Positions 1 through 14,400 of a DNA stretch of 64,000 bases are shown here, in pieces. Positions within the stretch are counted from its first letter, which is position 1, and each line of letters starts with the position of its first letter. Location of the stretch: contig NC_091284.1 in assembly GCF_032444005.1 (NCBI RefSeq), positions 277,140,001 through 277,204,000 of the forward strand. The letters are read 5' to 3'. The position numbers were made by a program, and so were the translations under genes. The DNA comes from Ranitomeya imitator (Eukaryota). A model generated the notes under the pieces. The model saw nothing but the letters and a program-made list of their open reading frames with translations, ran no database searches and was not told the origin of the DNA.

Positions 1-287
1 ACACATATAGACTTCTGCCTACACTCATACACACCACAACACACTAACACATACACACAGAGGCACTCTTAGGGCTCATGCACATTCAGACGATTTTGAT
101 CCGGAAGACTATGGGTCTGTGGAAAACATCAGACCGCGCTTTTTACAGACTTATAAAATGGAGAAACTTTATTTTCTCTCTTCTCCCCTGCACTAATGTC
201 ACGCTGATCAGACTTCTCAGAGTCTGGTCAGAATAATCGGAGTATTTTATTCGGATGGAGAGAAAACGGCTGTGTGCACTACCCTTA

Positions 288-483
288 GGCCTCTTTTCCA
301 CTTGCGAGAAACACGTCCGTGTCTCACATGTGAAAACCAAGCTCTGGCGCCGGCACTTGGGAGCGGAGCGTGCGGCTCCATGTATTGCTATGCAGCCGTA
401 CGCTCCGCTCTGGAGTGCCGACTCCACAGCTTGGTTTTCACATGTGAGATATGGACGTGTTTCTCGCAAGTGGAAAAGAGGCC
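288..483. mobile_element. Palindromic Harbinger/PIF-type MITE, apparently nested in an older MITE (about 71-555)
   Basis: TIR GGCCTCTTTTCCACTTGCGAGAAACACGTCC and its reverse complement; TTA on both sides. Explains the mirror-image ORFs 143..520(-) and 272..487(+). Confidence 0.8.
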
Positions 484-751
484 TTAGAAACACATACGAT
501 GCGATTACATACGCATGCATTCACACACGGAGATACAATTATGTATGAGGGACTTTGCAGCCATCTGTACAGCACTCACTTGTGATTATTAAATATGACA
601 CAACGTACAAACATCAAAATATGCAAAAGTGACATATCTCACCAACATAATCATTATTTTCTGGAATGTTTTCTTTTTAAATAAAGTTTTACAAAATCTT
701 ATTACAATCCTCAAAAATATTTGCAAAATCTAAAAGTAAAGATTTACTTAC

Positions 752-863
752 CCCTCGGTGCAGGATCATGGGGATTGAGAGCACCGTGAATAACAGCTTG
801 TGCTTCCGAGTTCTTTGATTTAAGTAAATCAATAGTTTCTCGCAGTTCCGAAAGTTCAGAGTC
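752..863 (-). CDS. NAV1: NAV1 exon l (112 nt): [37 protein letters not shown]
   Basis: Acceptor aataccAG, donor GTAAGT. Confidence 0.92.
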
Positions 864-3800
864 CTGGTATTAAAAATAATTATCAGCAACACAAAAATGG
901 TCACCTGTACTTGTTGTGAATTAAGCGAATCTGGTAGGACTGTTTTACCCTGATCGGCATTATTATCTTGTGAGCCACACCTTCTTCGTAAAGATCATAA
1001 AAATTTGCACTAATTAAAAAGGCCCATATATCTGTAACCCTATGGCAGAAATTAAAAAAAATAATAAATTGATTTTTTATGACAGCAGCAGAAATAAAAT
1101 AGAAAAAGAAAAAAACAAAGCTAAAAATATATGACACCCAACTGAGCTATCATAAAGGCTGTTTATTTTTCCTCAAAAAATCACAGGAAGTAACACAAAC
1201 GGATTAAAATTAATTAAAATCAAGTTTACCCTGGACAACTATAATGGCCAACAGAGCAATCCAAGTTGTGCTCAGTTTATGTACAAAAAAGTCAGAGTCA
1301 TGAAGTTGTACCACATAAAACAAAGTAAATAAGCCAACAGGGAGAAATACTACAATAAATAGATAATACTATAGGTTAGTATAATATCCACAGAATGGGC
1401 CGACTCTGACACTTGTGTGCCTGGGCACTGCGTGAGCTAGTGTTCATGTATGGTGTACTTCAGAGATTGCCTCCTAAGTTCTCCCACCATGAGTTCTTAA
1501 CAGCAAACTTCTAATACTTCTACAATCTGCATCTTCTTCTTAGCTCAGACCTGCTGGTTAACCCTTCGTCTGCTGAAAGTAGAAAAAACTCCCTTTTGGA
1601 CTTGCTCATATTACAAACGCTGTTGGAATTCTGGGATTCACTATAAATCTTCATTTCCCATGTTTGTCTACACTTCATGCCTTCTGGTGTGTCCTGCTTC
1701 ACTTGTCTGCCTAACGTCCAGCATACCGCCTTGTCTTGGCCCTCACTGATGCATGTGTCATGGTAAGCCCTCCTGCTGTACCATTGCCTTCAGACTATGT
1801 GGTTCACCCCAACATGTGGCTTAGTGAATCCACCTCGCTAGGTGATCCCCTAACACTTACAATCTTGGGACAAGTCCTTTAAGCTGCTGTACTTCTTTTG
1901 AAGAGGCCACCCTTTGAAAACTCCTTTAGTGTGCTCACACAGGCCTAAAGGTCATGTGACATTTTTTATCTTGCTAAAATAAATTTGATGGGATGTAAAA
2001 CCCCGGAACGATGGGCAATTGCTTGAAGACTATAGATAATCCTTCACACTATACAATGAAGACTTCCAGATTGTTTTTGGCCTTATGGCCCTTCCAAGAC
2101 TGCTGAGCTTATATGTTTTCTTCCAAACACGATCTAGAACCACACCTGAGCACTTCTGAATGTCAAAGTGCCTAACATTCTGCTTCTAGGACTATACCTA
2201 GATGTTTTACCCTTGGATGCCAATAATAGCTATGATAGCACTGGCTGTGACATTGCATAGAGTGGCTTTATAAGTCTCTGCGATCAATCAATAGTGTTGG
2301 TTTCTAATCGCTACATGCTAATGGTTTTGAGCTATTTTGAAAAGTAGGAGGAAAATGAAATAACTAAAAAGGCAGGTTAAATATAATCTGTCACCAGATT
2401 TTTTCCACCTAATCTGAGAGCACCATGATATAGGGGCAAAACCCCTGATTCCAGCAATGTGTCAGTTACTGGGCTACTTGCTGTGGTTTTGATAAAATCA
2501 AGGTTTTTTTCAGCAGGAGAATGTACCTGGAGGACTAGTAAACCTGCTGCCATGCAGTCCTCCATATTCACGAGTTCTGTATAACTCTGCCCTAACACTG
2601 ATTTTCTGTCTATTCACAGTGTGCATAGAATGCTGCCAATTTAGTGTACACAGAGATAGGCTGCCGTCACACTAGCAGTATTTGGTCAGTATTTTACATC
2701 AGTATCTGTAAGCCAAAACCAGGAGTGGGTGATAAATGCAGAAGTGGTGCATATGTTTCTATTATACTTTTCCTCTAATTGTTCAACTCCTGGTTTTGGC
2801 TTACAAATACTGATGTAAAATACTGACCAAATACTGATAGTGTGACGGCAGCCTTATTCAAAGCATTCAGAGAACTGGCACAGATAAAACTGTGATTTAA
2901 GAAAACTATAGCAAGCTGTCCAGTAAGTGTTACATCACTGGGATCAGGGTCTCTGCCCCTACATTATGCTGCTCTCAGATCACATAAAAAAACATGGTGA
3001 CAGATTTTCTTTACATTTGTTATTACTCTATAAAACCACTATAAGGCCGCCGTCACACATGCGAGTTTTACGGACGTAAGAGCGCAGAATCTACGTCCGT
3101 AAAACTCGCAAAAAATACGGCACAATTATTCTCTATGCCCCTGCTCCTATTTGCCGTATTTTACTGATCAGTATTATACGGCTTTCTACGGCCGTACAAA
3201 ATCGCAGCATGCTGCGTTTGTCACCGTACTGCGCAAGAAATACGCCAATGAAAGTCTATGGAAGCGTGAAAAATACGGATTACACACGGACAAGCAGTGT
3301 GACTTGCGAGAAATACGCAGCGCTGTTAGAGAGAAAAGCCGGCAATTCAGTGCGGTGTACAGTAAAATCACACTGACAGCTTACAGTAGAATAGGTAGAA
3401 TAAATGTGTACACATAGAATAGGTATATATATATATATATGTCAGTGAGACACATATATGTATATATATTAATATTTATTCCAGCGCTAGACAGCTTGAG
3501 AGCCGGTAATTCAATTACCGGCTTTTTCCTTCTCCTTCCTAAAACCCGACATGATTTGAAACATGGTTTACATACAGTAAACCATGTCTTCTCTCCATTT
3601 TTTTTGCAGATTCCACACTACTAATGTCAGTAGTGTGTATCTGCAAAATTTGGCCGTTCTAGCTCTTAAAATAAAGGGTTAAATGGCGGAAAAAATTGGC
3701 GTGGGCTCCCGCGCAATTTTCTCCGCCAGAGTAGTAAAGCCAGTGACTGAGGGCAGATATTAATAGCCTGGAGAGGGTCCACGGTTATTGGCCCCCCCCT

Positions 3801-5457
3801 GGCTAAAAATATCTGCCCCCAGCCACCCCAGAAAAGGCACATCTGGAAGATGCGCCTATTCTGGCACTTGGCCACTCTCTTCCCATTCCCGTGTAGCGGT
3901 GGGATATGGGGTAATGAAGGGTTAATGCCACCTTGCTATTGTAAGGTGACATTAAGCCTAATTAATAATGGAGAGGCGTCAATTATGACACCTATCCATT
4001 ATTAATCCAATACTAGTAAAGGGTTAAATAAAACACAAACACATTTTTTAAAATTATTTTAATGAAATAAAAACAATGGTTGTTGCAGTATTTTATTCAA
4101 CGCCCAATCCAGTCACTGAAGACCCTCGTTCTGTGAGTAAAAAAACATAATAAACCAACAATATACTTACCCTCCGCAGATCTGTAACGTCCAACGATGT
4201 AAATCCTTCTGAAGGGGTTAAAACATTTTGCAGCAAGGAGCTGTGCTAATGCAGGCTGCTCCTCGCTGCAAAACCCCAGGGAATGAGGCTAAAAATAGAT
4301 CAATGATCTATATTTAGCTTCATTTGCGGTGAGGCGCCCTCTGCTGGCTGTTCATAGATCGTGGGAAATTACCTAGAAAGCTCCCTGGCTTTCTAGGTAA
4401 TTTCCCACGACCTATGAACAGCCAGCAGAGGGCGCCTCACCGCAAATGAAGCTAAATATAGATCATTGATCTATTTTTAGCCTCATTCCCTGGGGTTCTG
4501 CAGCGAGGAGCAGCCTGCATTAGCACAGCTCCTTGCTGCAAAATGTTTTAACCCCTTCAGAAGGATTTACATCGTTGGACGTTACAGATCTGCGGAGGGT
4601 AAGTATATTGTTGGTTTATTATGTTTTTTTACTCACAGAACGAGGGTCTTCAGTGACTGGATTGGGCGTTGAATAAAATACTGCAACAACCATTGTTTTT
4701 ATTTCATTAAAATAATTTTAAAAAATGTGTTTGTGTTTTATTTAACCCTTTACTAGTATTGGATTAATAATGGATAGGTGTCATAATTGACGCCTCTCCA
4801 TTATTAATTAGGCTTAATGTCACCTTACAATAGCAAGGTGGCATTAACCCTTCATTACCCCATATCCCACCGCTACACGGGAATGGGAAGAGAGTGGCCA
4901 AGTGCCAGAATAGGCGCATCTTCCAGATGTGCCTTTTCTGGGGTGGCTGGGGGCAGATATTTTTAGCCAGGGGGGGCCAATAACCGTGGACCCTCTCCAG
5001 GCTATTAATATCTGCCCTCAGTCACTGGCTTTACTACTCTGGCGGAGAAAATTGCGCGGGAGCCCACGCCAATTTTTTCCGCCATTTAACCCTTTATTTT
5101 AAGAGCTAGAACTGCCAAATTTTGCAGATACACACTACTGACATTAGTAGTGTGGAATCTGCAAAAAAAATGGAGAGAAGACATGGTTTACTGTATGTAA
5201 ACCATGTCTCAAATCATGTCGGGTTTTAGGAAGGAGAAGGAAAAAGCCGGTAATTGAATTACCGGCTCTCAAGCTGTCTAGCGCTGGAATAAATATTAAT
5301 ATATATACATATATGTGTCTCACTGACATATATATATATATATACCTATTCTATGTGTACACATTTATTCTACCTATTCTACTGTAAGCTGTCAGTGTGA
5401 TTTTACTGTACACCGCACTGAATTACCGGCTTTTCTCTCTAATATATGTGTCTACTG

Positions 5458-5494
<37 letters not shown>

Positions 5495-8400
5495 GTATAT
5501 ATATATTTTCTTTTCTTTTTGGGACACATGGATCACTTCTATAGCGGTATGTTGGTTTTGCTAGCCTGCGAGAAAACCACGCAGTACGGATGCCATACGG
5601 ATTACATACGGAGGATGCCATGCGCAAAAAACGCTGACACACCCTGCCTACGGAGGAGCTACGGACCACTTTTTTCGGGACTTTTCAGCGTATTACGGCC
5701 GTAATATACGGACCGTATTGTTTTACGCTGTGTGTGACGCCGGCCTAAGAAGTGCATTTACATGAGCCAGTTTGGCCCACAAGGTTTCACCACAATATGC
5801 CTTGCTTTTGTGAAGAATTGTGAAACATGTGAAAAATAAGTTTAGTTATGCTGGGGCTACACAGCTATTTTGGCTATATCACAGTGCAATACAAGTGAAT
5901 GCAGTCGTGTTGCCACCCTGAGGGCAGAAAAGGCAAAATGGAAGACTCAAGAAAAAACATTGGACTTCTTGTGACTTGCTTTTCGCGGTGGCAGAACCTT
6001 TGGGGTCGCAATGAGACGGCATTCACTTGTATTTGTGATCATTTTCGTGCTTGCGTTCAGTTTGTTACCTTCTCTTGTGCAGTATCTGCTAGATTACGTA
6101 GTCTTGAAGTCATGTTCACTAAAGATTGTTCAAACGCTGCCACTAAATTGGCCTGCAAAAGAGCGACAAAGTAGAAATAGTTAAAAAGCGAAAAATGTAC
6201 ATGTAAATGACTCTTATGGGCATGTTATGTGGGGGCGTTCTACCACATCCAACATCACAATCACATACACCAGTGCTGATGCTGCAATGACATGAGCACC
6301 TGCTATAACATATGTACCACTGCAAGCTTACAGTATGGGGAAGTATTAGATGGGTTTACATATAAACAAGGGCCATCCAGCACATACTGGATACAAATAG
6401 CCTATATGCTTAGATAGCTTTCAGCCAAACACTCATTCAATGGAGACTTGTCCTCCACGTCTATGAGTTTTGTATAAACCCAGCCCTACCACTGATTGGC
6501 AGCTTTCTCCCTATGCACAGCGTACACAGAGAGCTGCCAATCAGTGGTGTGAGCGGGGTTACACAGCATTCTGAGAACTGATAAATCTGTAGAATTTAAA
6601 AGTGATTTTATCAAAACTGCAGCAAGCAACCCAGTATGTGCTGCTGGAATCAAGTTCTCTTTCTCTGCATTATTAAGCTCTCAGATTCCCTTTTTAAGTC
6701 TTATTCACATCTCAGCCTTTCATTGCTGGCAGAGGAATAGCTCTCTCCTAGCTCCAACCACTGGAGGTGGAAATACAAAAAAATGCTGAGCGGCTGATGT
6801 TCCCGTAACTCCCTTAGAAATGAATGAAGAACAACCATGATAGCAAATCCCTGGAAGATAATGTATAAACCGAAACACATGGCTTCATCAGCAAATTGAA
6901 ATATTTTACGTTTTCTTATTATGCTACAGATATGTGTACGTGGAACATTATTGTTACTGTGAAATTATCAAAACTGTCATTTTGAAGGTGCCTGGTTCTG
7001 GAAATGTCAGTGAAGGGCTATAGGCATATTTAGTAAAAGTCCAAGACATACCGTATATACTCGAGTATAAGCCGACCCGAGTATAAGCCGACCCCCCCCC
7101 CTATTTTTGCCACTAAAAACTGGGAAAACGTAATGACTCGAGTATAAGCCTAGGGTGGAAAATGGAGCAGCTACCGGTAAATGTCAAAAATAAAAATAGA
7201 TACCAATAAAAGTAAAATTAATTGAGTTTGCGCGGCCCGAGATCCCGCCCCGCAGTCTCTTATGATTTATTCACACTGCGGGGCTGGGATTTTTGGGCCG
7301 CGCGTGCGTGCAGGCGCAGTAAGCAAGACATTAAGTGATGTCAGTGGTCGGGCAGCGCGAACTGCGCATGCCCAAGGCAGAATATGACAGCGCGGGCGCC
7401 TGGAGAATTGAATAACGCTGAGGAGGCGGCGCCCGGCTCGCAGAGTGACGGATGTGGTGCGTCTGGATTAGGGGGGAAAGACCTGCCTCCGTGGCGATCT
7501 GAAGGTATGAGGGACAAATTTAAAAAGCGATTATTACTGCAGTGCAACGAACAATAACTAAAAGAGCCACCTTGTCAGAATGCAGCATTAGTGCTGCACA
7601 AGATGGCTCTTTTAGTTACTAACGCCTGGGGGGTGATAGGTTCCCTTTAAAGAAGCTCTCCTCCCATCAAAATTGTATTCCTCTTAATATATTTCAATCA
7701 TCATATTACATAGCACTGTGTACTCACAATTGCTCATATTACCCTCCTACCCACCAAATTCATCTCTTTTCCATTAGGTCTACGACATCATGTGATTAAT
7801 AACAGACTAGCTGGATCCACCTAAGCTGTATGTAGAAACAGGAGGTCTTCCTTCCCTGTATGAGTTATCATTAGAACAATAATTCTATGTCAGTCCCTGG
7901 CAGCTGGGTCAGGAATTGAAGAAGGGGATGACTCATGCCGAGAATATCGACCTCCTGTTTCTACACAGAGCTTAGAAGGAGTCAGCTAGTCAGTTTCTAA
8001 TCACATGATGTCATGGACCTAATGGAAAACAGAAGAAATAGCTGGGTAGAAAGCCAAACTGACCAATTGTCAGTGCACTTTGTGATGACTGCCATATATT
8101 AAGAGGATAAAAATGTTGATGGGAGGAGGGCTTCTTTAAGGGCAGATTTGGATTTTTGATATAATAATGCAGTATATCATAACTGAAATCCTGTTATGAC
8201 TCATGGCACTTACGTTGGCAGACAGCTGAGTGGTCAATACTGCCACTTTTTCTTGTGAGGATTCTAGCTCTCTTCGTAGTTTCCGAATTTGCTTCATTCC
8301 ACAAAAAAATGTAAAAAAAAATTGAAATAAGTTACGTTGCTAAATATATGTCATTCCTTGCAGAAAGCTGGCATGGGCAAAGAAAAAAAATGCATGACCG

Positions 8401-11400
8401 CTAGGAATTGAGTAAGTACCTCTGACTGCATCCTTTCCTCAGCCTGATAGAAAAGTGTGGCATGCCAAGGAAAAAACAAAGAGGAGGTTACAGTATTAGC
8501 AGATCGATGGCCTAGATTGCATTAAGCACAAGCAGAGACTCTTTCATGCACTGGTAATGTACGCAGTGGAGCATGCAACCAAACCATCACAAGGCAGTTC
8601 TTACAGAGGAATATGTTGAAGACGCACTTGATGCCAGAGACAGAACAGAGCCGTGAACTGAAAAATAAATAGGTGAATATATTACTATCTACACACCAAA
8701 GAATAAAACAGCTGAGAAAAGGTTGTATTGTGTTTTTAATAAATGACACAATATTGGACAAATAAGCAACTTTTGCCTTAATTATAAATTCAAACAATAT
8801 TAAAGTCTCAATACAAATATTATGTACAATTATCTATCTGATATGGCCCTTATGGTAACTTTTTATGGTTGTCACTGACTTTTGGATGATCACTGTACTA
8901 TCAGACATGACTTGATAACGTGCTAGATAGTCAATATAATAGGCAATGAAATACCGTATGTTGTCTGTCACATGAAGGCCGGGTTTATAGAAGAATATTT
9001 CACGGGTCGTATATAGACCGCAGAGCCCGAACTGGCCTCAGGTCTCCCTTCCCAGCCTCTTTTTATTTCTATCAGGCTGTAAGAGCAACTGTGGTTAATC
9101 CGAGAATTTCAGCCCGTACAAGGACTATGAAATACAAGCGTCCAAACCCAAGAAGAAGCGTCTCACCAGGTGCCTCCATTCTATCTAACTTACTGTTCAC
9201 TGCCTGTTATCACCAGAAAACCGTCTCTAGAAGACGTGTCACAGAAAGTCGGGCGAGACCTTGTCTCTCTGCTGCTGTTTTCTGGTTATACCACATTCAG
9301 GGATACTGCATACAGTTAGAGGCTAAGGAGACGTTGGGCAATGGCAGAGACAATGCTCGTGAAGAAGAACAGCCCACTCAAAATGTGGATGGTAAGTGAC
9401 AAAGCATGGAAATTGGTACAGTGCCTGGACATTCTAGTATAATATGTGCACTAAAAGCAGCTTTAAATATTTGTAGGGTGAGGGTAGTGAGTGCTATGCC
9501 GACGTAACCTGCCAGATGGAGGCCAAAAGAGCTCATTCTTGCCCTTCATCTGGAAAATGGGGTCCTACGGTAATGATAAAGTATATGATGGGGAAGCTAC
9601 CAACGTATAATTTAAGCTAAGTCACGGCAGACTGGCAAATTCTGACAGCCTGCATTATGGACACTTCCCCTAAATTGAAGGATCAAGCGGGCGGTTACGT
9701 GACAGCCATTATGACCTTAGAACATTGAGAGAAGCAGGTGAGAAGCTAGTCAGAAGATAAAAGACAGTATGCAGCGGCTGCAGAAATTTAGTTCAAGCCC
9801 GTAAAACCCTTTAAAATGGTGAGATTCGGCAGATTTGAAATACTTACAAATATAGCCTTCATTTATAATGCACGATAAATGTGCTACATCTAACACTGAT
9901 CTCTTATCCCTATCATAAGGCTGAGCTTCCCTATCAATTCCGTGGGTCCTATTACACAACTTAACCTAAGTGCTCATTGCCTTTATGCTGAAAGTAGACT
10001 GGCAGTCACGTACTGACTAGAGTCTCATCTGCTTCTCTCAATGGAAGCAAGATGCAAGAATGTGACTCTAGACAGCACCCGCTGGATCTGGCAAACGCAA
10101 TGCATACTGTCCCAATGTGACTGCAGAAATGTAGCTGATGCCTGGAAACCAAGGTGTGCTACGCAAGATTCACCAAACTGCAGTCACATAGAGTGACTGC
10201 AGAAATCTAGTTCAAGCAATATGCACTGTCATTTTCTTGTGATGTTTTCACCAATAAAAAACAATGCTTCCATAAATTACTACATTTCAGTAGGTATCAG
10301 TTAGCCTCCAGGAATCAAAAATTACTTTGACCCGTCATTCAAACCCATAGACGCTGCAGTTACTATTAACCGCTGATATCAAGGAGTTAAATGCCTGGGA
10401 TCAAACTTATCTTCGATCCCAGCTTACCCAGCTCCTGCACACGTGTGATCACAGCAACACAAGGTATGGCAAACACATATGGTAGTCTGATAGGATGCCG
10501 GTCAGTGCCACGCAGACAGACATAGTACACTGAACACAGACTTATGGAAGTTATAGTCCTCCAATAGGGACTTAAAAATAAGTAAAGTCAGCATGTCTTT
10601 AACATCCCAAACTATTATACTTTCACATTATTTATCCCACATAACGAATGCTATAAAATATAAATCAATCAAAAGTATGGCAGAATTTCAGTCTTTGCTT
10701 AAAAAAAACTGAGTAAAAAGCAATTGAATGTACCTTTTTAAAAATCCCAGAACTTTCTTGACTCAGCCAGTCTTTTCTGTTTGGCAATGCGTTGCTCCAT
10801 TGCTGAGATATTCATATTTGTTGCTCATGTAACACAGTATGTGAAATCTCTGCTTCCAGTCCATCTGGGAGTTTATTCCCTGGGAACATGAACTCTAACT
10901 CTAGGTTCAAAAACGCTGTCAATCATAGCTCGGAAGGTAATCCAACAGTCAGCCAGCCTCAAACGCTGCCCAGTTGTGTTTTGCAGAATTTGGTAAGGAG
11001 GGTAAAAGCATCCCCCCCCCCCCCCCCCAGAGAAGACTATAGAAACCCTGAGCTGGTCAGCATGCATAAATTTCACATACTCCACTCCAAAAGCAACAAA
11101 TGTGAATCTCTCTGCAATGGAATGACGTAGCGCAAAACAGATAAAAGCAGCAGAATCATCAGAGTTTGGGTATTTGTAGAATGTATTTAATTACGTTTTT
11201 TAAACAATCGATGAATCTTTGATAAAACCAAAAATGTCCTTAAGGGGATAAAGGGCTCTCTTTGGACAAACCTAACTTGTCAAAAACGTCCTTTGATAGG
11301 CTTTTTGGGAAAGTGTCCTACTGATGGTCTCTTAGCAATCAACTGTAATCTGTGGGATGCCCTTTGAAATCAATAGGTAAGCTGTAAAATGTAAGACATG

Positions 11401-14400
11401 ACACTAACCAAGTGCTTTTAACTAGCATTTGACTAACATATATGTTTTGGTTTACCTATCTGGTATATGTGTAATTAATTAAAATGTTAAAACTAGAATT
11501 TTGTTTTTTGGCCACCTCTATACTAATGTTGTGAACCTCAAGAAAACAAATATTCTTACATTCTGCTAGATTATTAAAAGGATGATTAAAATGATACAGG
11601 TGCAGAAGAAATACAATCAAGTTCATTTTTGTATTTAAAAGGTAAAAAACAAACAAACAAAAACAAGTTGCTCATGTGTTTGTACAGGCAAACTGGATTT
11701 GCATGATTTTGGCATTTCGTAAACAAGGGAAATACATTATTTTTTAAAAGGAATGGATGGGTTTAGTGATTCAATAATAGAAAAGGTTCAAAACGTAAGT
11801 TTTAATGGGTACCTATGATTAAAAAAATATACATATATCATAGTGGCTGTTTGCTGCCAAATGGTGGAGTCTGGTGTACATAGTAAACTCACAATTGGCT
11901 TAATTACAGATTAATTACTACCCCATACAGCAAATTTGTATGGACAGATGGCTTTTGGGTACACGCAAAAGTCCTCCAAGAACTAAGGGTCTCCTGATAA
12001 AGTAAATCATTTTTCTGCATGTAGCTTAAAGGAAATCTGACAGATCGTTTTATCCCCTAAATAACCGCCATACCAAATTACACAAAGTGATAATAATGCT
12101 AACTTGCCCCTCCCTATATGCTACGTAAATTCTACTAAATAAACCTTACCACACTTACCATCATCAGTGGGGTCTCTAAATGAGCCAGATCTAGTCATTG
12201 TCCCTTTAGGTCGATCAGCAAGAGATAAAGAACTCCCTAAATTTGAAGTACTGAAAAGTTCAAAAGAAGAGTCTTGAGCTGGAATACTGCTTGACCGAGC
12301 AATGCGAGGAGCAGAAGAGGGACTCACTGTTGGGTAAGGAGATGAAATGAAAATTATACGTATTCTGCCTGCAGGGCCCAATCTGGGCCGATCATTGCAT
12401 AACATCTGACATGTCATATTGACAAGTGAGAGGTTCAGACTGATGAGACACCTATTGATCATAGAAACACAGGGACAGATGCATTAACGATGGGTACTTT
12501 TAAAGCCTCTGTTCACACTTGCATGAATTCATTCATTACATGCTGACCTAAATAGCTTGGCATCCTGTCAACCAGTCTAAAAAATACATGTCTAATAGAA
12601 ATTTGACAGATTAATAAAAACCACTGAGGTAAAAAAAAAGCATCTCATAACAATTCAGAAGGGTTTCATCCAAAGAATTCATCATATCTCTCATGCATCT
12701 TATAAAAAACAAAAGCCAATGTGACCAGAGCCTAACTAGAAATTTAACTTAGAGCAAAGCTGTCATGGAGTCATTAAAGCGATAATATAGCTAGATGACA
12801 TAATCTGTACAGATGCTTGATATGATTGACAATTACTACTATAGCCACTGTCAATGTTCACCGATGTACCATTGTCAGCAGCTCCACTTCATCGCCGGAT
12901 TTAACGCAGCAAACAGCTTCCTTCTGATTCATTGTAAGAGCTAAACCAGTCTTTCTCTATGATGGCTCATACAAGAAAAGATATGGGGGACAGTTTAGCC
13001 ATTACATTTTTAAGCGTTGTCCCGGACTCAACTTTTAGAATAGGTCAAAATAAGTCTGGTGAGCGATCAACATCCAGTATCTCCACCAATCAGCTGAAAA
13101 CTGCTCTGGCAGCGCCAGGAGCTAAGTGATGCATGGCGTGGAACACAGCAGCCCCGCACATAGCTTAATGACTACCAAGTACCACGTTTCATGCCCCATT
13201 CTCCCAAGATCTTGTGAATGGTGGATAAGGTGCAATACTCAGCATCACACTGCACCATTACATCAAGTGAGTGAGAGATAAAGCGCAATACTCGGAATCA
13301 CACCAAGATAGCGAGACATAATGTGCAGTACTTATCAGTGAATGGGAGATAAAGCACAGTACTCGGCAGCAACTAATATAATGAGGCTGCTGTGCTCCGA
13401 CCCTCCAGCTGCTGCCGAAGCAGTTTTCAGCTGATCGTTGTGGGTTCCAGATGTGAGAACCAATCTCCTACTAACCCCTTTACCCCCAAGGGTGGTTTGC
13501 ACGTTATGGACCGGGCCAATTTTTACAATTCTGACCACTGTCCCTTTATGAGGTTATAACTCTGAAACACTTCAACGGATCCCAGTGATTCTGACATTGT
13601 TTTCTCGAGATATATTGTACTTCATGATAGTGGTAAAATTTCTTTGATATTACCTGCGTTTATTTGTAAAAAAAAAAAAACGGAAATTTGGCGAAAATTT
13701 GGAAAATTTCGCAATTTTCCAACTTTGAATTTTTATGCAATTAAATCACAGAGATATATCAAACAAAACACTTAATAAGTAAGATCTCCCACATGTCTAC
13801 TTTACATCAGCACAATTTTGGAACCCCAAATTTTTTTTTTAGGGAGTTATAAGGGTTAAAAGTTGACCTGCAATTTCTCATTTTTACAACACCAATATTT
13901 TTTAGGGACCACATCACATTTGAAGTCATTTTGAGGGGTCTATATGATAGAAAATAACCAAGTGTGACACTATTCTAAAAACTGCACCCCTCAAGGTGCT
14001 CAAAACCATATTCAAGAAGTTTATTAACTCTTCAGGTGTTTTATAGGAATTTTTGGAATGTTTAAAAAAAATTAGCATTTAACTTTTTTCAAACATTTTA
14101 CTTCAGCTCCAATTTGTTTCATTTTTCCAAGGGCAAGAGAAGAAATTGAACCCCAAATGTTGTTGTGCCATTTGTTCTGAGTACGCCGATACCCCACATG
14201 TGGGGGTAAACCACTGTTTGGGCGCATGGCAGAGCTCGGGAGGGAAGGAGCGCCGTTTGACTTTTCAATGCAAAATTGACTGGAATTGAGATGGGACGCC
14301 ATGTTGCATTTGGAGAGCCCCTGATGTGCCTAAACATTGAAACCCCCCACAAGTGACACCATTTTGGAAAGTATACCCCCTAAGGAACTTATCTAGATGT

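Noticed and set aside
6851-6892. CTGGAAGA..CGAAACACATGG, with CTGATGAAG on the opposite strand
   Set aside because: Stems I and II cannot be formed convincingly; at best a fossil.
12436-12478. CTGATGA...GAAACACAGGGAC hammerhead-like string upstream of exon g
   Set aside because: No G-C pair closing stem II, no UH triplet and no stem I pairing.
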